Shown piece after piece: positions 63,182 through 64,000 of a stretch of DNA of 64,000 nucleotides. Source of the DNA: Neoechinorhynchus agilis. Lineage: Eukaryota > Animalia > Acanthocephala. A program made the translations under genes and the position numbers. How positions within the stretch are numbered: position 1 is the first letter of the stretch; every line of letters begins with the position of its first letter. The stretch lies in contig CM121341.1 in the NCBI GenBank assembly GCA_051530055.1, positions 3,338,151-3,402,150 of the forward strand, given 5' to 3'. A model generated the notes under the pieces. The model had not been told where the DNA came from. It saw only the letters and a list, made by a program, of their open reading frames with translations, and ran no database searches.

Positions 63182-64000
63182 TAACAATTCAAACAATCTG
63201 TTTGAAGCAAACTCACCACCTCCCGCCAAATTTCAGCTTTTGTCCTTCCTCGACCGTCGTCATCACGCTGGCAGCATTGCCCCGTTGTACTGCCAGCGAG
63301 ATATTTTGTCGAAGGAATACGCCTGCTCTTGAGCCTCCGGTTGCTTCTATCAATTTCTTCGCGACATTCTGAAGCAGAGAGAGTGCCGAGCCGCCGAGCG
63401 ATCCATACGTCTCTACCCGAAAGGTGACAAAATAGTGAGCCCTCGATAAGTGAATATATTTCCGTATTTTCCTCCCTTCCGCTGCACGGACTGCAGCTCC
63501 AGTGATTTAAAGGGAGTAGCGGATATTGCTGGCTGCGAGGGTGTCCACACACGCGGCGTCCCGGAGAAGGTATTTGCCCTCCCGCCACGGGAAAATCGAA
63601 ATTCCATCGGGCCTACGGCCGTCTAGTCGACAAAGGTGGGCGCGTTCCAGGATGTTGGGGAAGTTCGCCGTTCTCAACGCCCGAGAAATTGCGTTATTGA
63701 TTTCAGAATGGCGTGAGAACCTTCCTCCTGACCTTCTGCAGACGAGACTGTGTCGCCCGAAAGCATCAACCAAAGACCCACATCGACAGCGATGGGGCTT
63801 GCATATCGGGAGACCAAGTCTTAAGGATACTGCGATCCTCGTTATCTCGTCAGTAAGAAGAGTTCCCACTGATGTCAGAGGAACAGCCTCCAACCACGCC
63901 CCAGATTCTCGTGTCGAAATTGCCAACAATCTAGCTCGGACGACCCCATCGCGAGAACCTAAAAGTAGAGAGCTGTGAGCTCTCGCGACAAGAGGTCCGT
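63182..64000 (-). mobile_element. CRE-clade retrotransposon 3' portion; continues beyond the window edge
   Basis: Nearly identical to 23237-24000 (AWLEAVP..CKPHRCRCG..RHSEIN..RPDG) with the same 3' end cagattgtttgaattgttagaaatat. Confidence 0.92.

Noticed and set aside
1-64000. tRNA, rRNA and snRNA genes
   Set aside because: None recognised by eye; a covariance-model scan (tRNAscan-SE/Infernal) would be needed to exclude them

Overview
This is eukaryotic, AT-rich, gene-dense DNA, most likely from a compact-genome animal. That is inferred from DGCR8/Pasha, MELK, INTS5 and an Ig-superfamily gene; the taxon cannot be determined from the sequence. Most introns are short (about 25-60 nt) GT-AG. 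Recognisable genes: 9-finger TFIIIA, GPATCH11, INTS5, DGCR8/Pasha, NAE1, a two-Ig-domain surface protein, a YkwC/3-hydroxyisobutyrate-type dehydrogenase, POLR1E/RPA49, MELK, a divergent alpha-tubulin, NADPH-cytochrome P450 reductase, a WD40 protein and TFIIH p34. There are also a 66-aa two-exon gene missed by the ORF track and two uncharacterised multi-exon genes. Repeats include seven pieces of CRE-clade (RT plus restriction-like endonuclease) non-LTR retrotransposons, many foldback/MITE elements, a Helentron-like family, and tandem arrays with units of about 435, 430, 185 and 112 bp. The most notable signal is repeated interruption of conserved coding exons by inverted-repeat-bounded inserts that would have to be spliced out. 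These are a hAT MITE with a perfect 8-bp TSD in DGCR8, a 131-bp TIR element in POR, a 1.1-kb TA-flanked insert in the Ig gene, and a 59-nt hairpin intron in TFIIIA with no possible AG acceptor. Together they suggest introner-like intron gain and possibly non-canonical splicing. Many start codons sit directly behind a pyrimidine-rich AG, suggesting spliced-leader trans-splicing. All gene models are manual, with no RNA evidence or database searches.
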